Source: Lama glama
Lineage: Eukaryota
NCBI GenBank assembly: GCA_028534125.1
Contig: CM052817.1
Location: 22,384,001 to 22,448,000, forward strand
Reading direction: 5' to 3'
Length of the DNA stretch: 64,000 bases
The notes under the pieces are model-generated. The model was not told the origin of the DNA, made no database searches, and saw only the letters and a list, made by a program, of their open reading frames with translations. Both the position numbers and the translations under genes were made by a program. Each line of letters opens with the position of its first letter. Position 1 is the first letter of the stretch. Below are positions 63,094 to 64,000 of this stretch, piece after piece.

Positions 63094-63285
63094 CTAGAGG
63101 TTCTCAAACATTAAAGAACATAAGAATCAATTGGGAATTTTATTTAAAAATTGCAGAGCCCCATCTCAAGAGATTCTGATTCAGTAATTCTGATCTGATA
63201 CTCAGCAATCAGTCAGGTCTCTCTCTCTCATCTCTCTGTCTGTCTCTCTCTCAAAACAAATCACCATATTTTTTCAGGTGGATTA
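63094..63285. mobile_element. MER5-like hAT-Charlie MITE with internal (CT)n
   Basis: ggttctcaaac...ataagaatca...gccccatctcaagagattctgattcagta...caggtg. Confidence 0.7.
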
Positions 63286-64000
63286 AAAACAATATTTTCA
63301 TGGGGGCAAACTAACCAAATCTGTTATGCTTTTGCACTTTTTTGGCAGTGACATTTTCTCTGGCAAGTTCTTCTCTTGCAGTGAGAATAGGAGGAATATT
63401 ATTAGCATCATCTGGCAACTAGATTCTCTACTTTGACACAGAACTGAAGCTGGATACCTTATGGAGGAGAAAAATGTCTAAAATAACACTTTATTTACTA
63501 CATCATTAAACAACCCCAAAGCAGCATCAGAAAATGGATCAAACATTTCACTGACTCCTTGCCCAGTATTGTCAGAATTACAACTACCTATCAAGTCCTA
63601 TCTTTGAGGACAAATGTTAAAAGTAGGTACAGAATTTCTTGAGGGAGATATAGATTCTGTAACATCCTAAACCAGAGAATTCCTTCATATTGTAAAATCC
63701 TTACAGTATAACTGAATTGGAGAGCTCAGTTTATGGGGTCAGTCATATAGTTTGAACAATCTCAAAAATTCCACCACCCTCAAAGAAACAATGCATGTGA
63801 ACCAGATTCTTTTCCTCATGCAAAATAATTGACAATTGCAAAGATAATATTAGAATCTTTTTGAAATAGTTTGACAGAAAATTAAACTTGAGAAGAAATT
63901 AAGAGAATGTGGGAATTGAATCCATTGGGAGCAAAAATAAAAGGGTTTGAAAAGTGCTTTTTTGCAAATACAATGAGACATTTCCTTAATTAAGAAAAAA

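Overview
AT-rich, CpG-poor, apparently intergenic mammalian DNA. Two tRNA-derived SINEs resembling camelid Vic-1 and the style of the young L1 3' ends point to a camelid (alpaca or camel); this is recognition by eye. I can support no host protein-coding gene, RNA gene or CRISPR array. The recognisable ORFs are transposon remnants and the rest look like noise. The window is a layered transposon record: a ~6 kb degenerate ERV-L (MLT2/HERV-L-type) provirus with gag, protease, RT, RNase H, integrase and dUTPase remnants but no 3' LTR; three older ERVL-class relics; several solo LTRs; L1s of different ages; L2, MIR and HAL1; Tigger and hAT DNA transposons; microsatellites; and one 500-N gap. The structures most worth follow-up are (1) a twin-primed, 5'-inverted young L1 whose perfect 13-bp TSD spans the gap, (2) a TSD-bounded chimeric retrocopy of an L1 fragment plus ~180 bp of non-L1 DNA, (3) a tight CpG cluster over and beside an ancient LTR16-like LTR, (4) interlocking palindromes inside the MLT2 LTR, and (5) a possible ~2 kb local inversion. 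I found no convincing novel gene system. Subfamily names are from memory of consensus sequences, not a database search, and boundaries of old elements are approximate.
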